A stretch of DNA of 64,000 bases, from the NCBI RefSeq assembly GCF_011386835.1, contig NC_088801.1:14632001-14696000 (forward strand), given 5' to 3'. This stretch comes from Chrysemys picta bellii (taxonomy: Eukaryota). This document shows positions 62,482 to 64,000 of the stretch, one piece after another. The notes under the pieces are model-generated. The model was given only the letters and a program-made list of their open reading frames with translations, was not told where the DNA came from and searched no databases. The position numbers and the translations under genes are program-made. How positions within the stretch are numbered: position 1 is the stretch's first letter; each line of letters opens with the position of its first letter.

Positions 62482-64000
62482 TCAGGTATTGGGTGAATTG
62501 AGAGTGGTATTGGGTGAATGTTTTTAGCTGCAGTTTCTCTGTGGGGATATGGAAGAGAGAGACTGGCTATTGCAGCAGAATCAGTGGGAATAGAAGACAT
62601 GGAATATGGGGAAAGTGAGACACGTCATATGTGGGGAAAGGGAGTTTTGCTTGAGGGCCCATCCACAAGTCATTATACTCCTGATATACTCTTTTGAAAG
62701 TCGATGGAACAAAAACAGGGTGCATAACTGGCCAAAGCAAATTAGTTTAAAAACCGGAATGATAATTCTTAGAATGTCTTTTGTATTTTCTGCTGAGGAT
62801 ATAAGGCTGTGAACCATCCTTTGAGCAACACCAGCACCACAAACTAAGGAGACTACCAACACTATAAGGTTATAGTAATTTCCTCCTTCCCCCCACAGCT
62901 TTAAAAGACACCTCTCACCATGAGAGCCTAGCAGGTTTAAATGGAAGATAGTTATTTATTATTAATTAGTTTACTGCCAGCAATGTGTTCTGAACTATGT
63001 AATGCACACAAAACGAGAAAGTCCATGTTATGAGGGTTTTACAGTCTAGAAGGTTAAAGAGACATACCGATACTTTTTCTGCATTTTTCTCTCTGTTTTT
63101 ACTACATCCCCATAATGCAAACAATTTATGTTGTTGTTTTGTGTTTTAGTGTGAGGATCTCTGCTCACAGGTAGAGGGTACATCTCACTTCATGACCATG
63201 CACCATCAAGATGCTGGAAGAGTCAGGGGTTGGGGTAGGGGAAGAAGACTGATGATGGTTTTTCTCTAGTTTATTGTATCAGTAACTAGTATTACATGAG
63301 TAATGGTACTTAAACATTACAGGATAATGGGTTCTCTTTTGCCTGGTGAAGCCACAGGACCTCAATACTGTTGTGGCTTTTTTGTCTGCCCTTCTCTGTG
63401 TATTCATCATTTCTACATTCTTTCCACCCGTGCTTGGATATTTTTCATTTCATACAGGGTCAAAAGTCTAGTTGTAATATTCTGTACATAATAAAATGTC
63501 TGAAACAAATTATTTAGATACAGAGAGCAATTAATGAATTGTGGTTGCAGACAGACAGACTTTTGTCAGCAGACCAACAACAGCAAAAAGCCTAGTTCCC
63601 TAACAATCAGCTAAAGGAACAACTCTGTTAATGCTCTGTTATGCAAGAGCCTCTTAATGCTAACTGGCAAGAGAGTGAAGAGGGGTTAAAGGAATCTCCT
63701 GAGTCTGGCACGTACACTCTAGTTCACCAAAGAATGGTCATGTGAGGTCTCCAATGAAAGCTGGTGTCACCCTGGTCATCAATATCATTGTGAAATGTAT
63801 GCATAGATACAATGTAAGGAGTTATTGAAAATATTATTCTTCAAGTCTGTGTCTGGGGTGTTCATCACCCGCAAAGGTGAAAAAACAGGTTTTCTGTCAG
63901 ACAAGAGATGTTTATTCCTCTATCTGTTTACATGTAAATTGAGTATTGTCTTGGTCACAGTGGGTCACCTATCACCAATCTGAAGGGAATGAAAATGAAG

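Overview
Vertebrate genomic DNA, almost certainly from a turtle (inferred from tortoise-type tRNA-derived SINEs, CR1 tails and turtle-type Harbinger and hAT MITEs). The only host protein-coding gene I can support is INSIG2 on the minus strand. It has five coding exons (36724-36967, 33573-33697, 30929-31095, 30358-30457, 29704-29745; 678 nt, 225 aa), a U12-type intron (31096-33572), and a probable non-coding first exon in a CpG island near 42.4-42.5 kb. The rest is intergenic or intronic and rich in transposons: an internally deleted PIF/Harbinger element with transposase and Myb/SANT fragments, many Harbinger and hAT MITEs, two LTR-like elements, CR1 fragments, SINEs and two Penelope-like fragments with hammerhead ribozyme motifs. 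The most unusual observations are: (1) a 2.2 kb array of about 61 36-bp telomere-like units about 4 kb upstream of INSIG2, whose consensus unit carries a four-tract G-quadruplex motif and a TRF-type YTAGGGTTR site; (2) a strong-Kozak upstream ATG in the putative exon 1 that splices in frame with INSIG2 and is separated from it by a single TAA; (3) a fold-back palindrome at the Harbinger left end. All calls were made by eye, with no database search. Repeat family names are class-level, and TE boundaries without TSDs are approximate.
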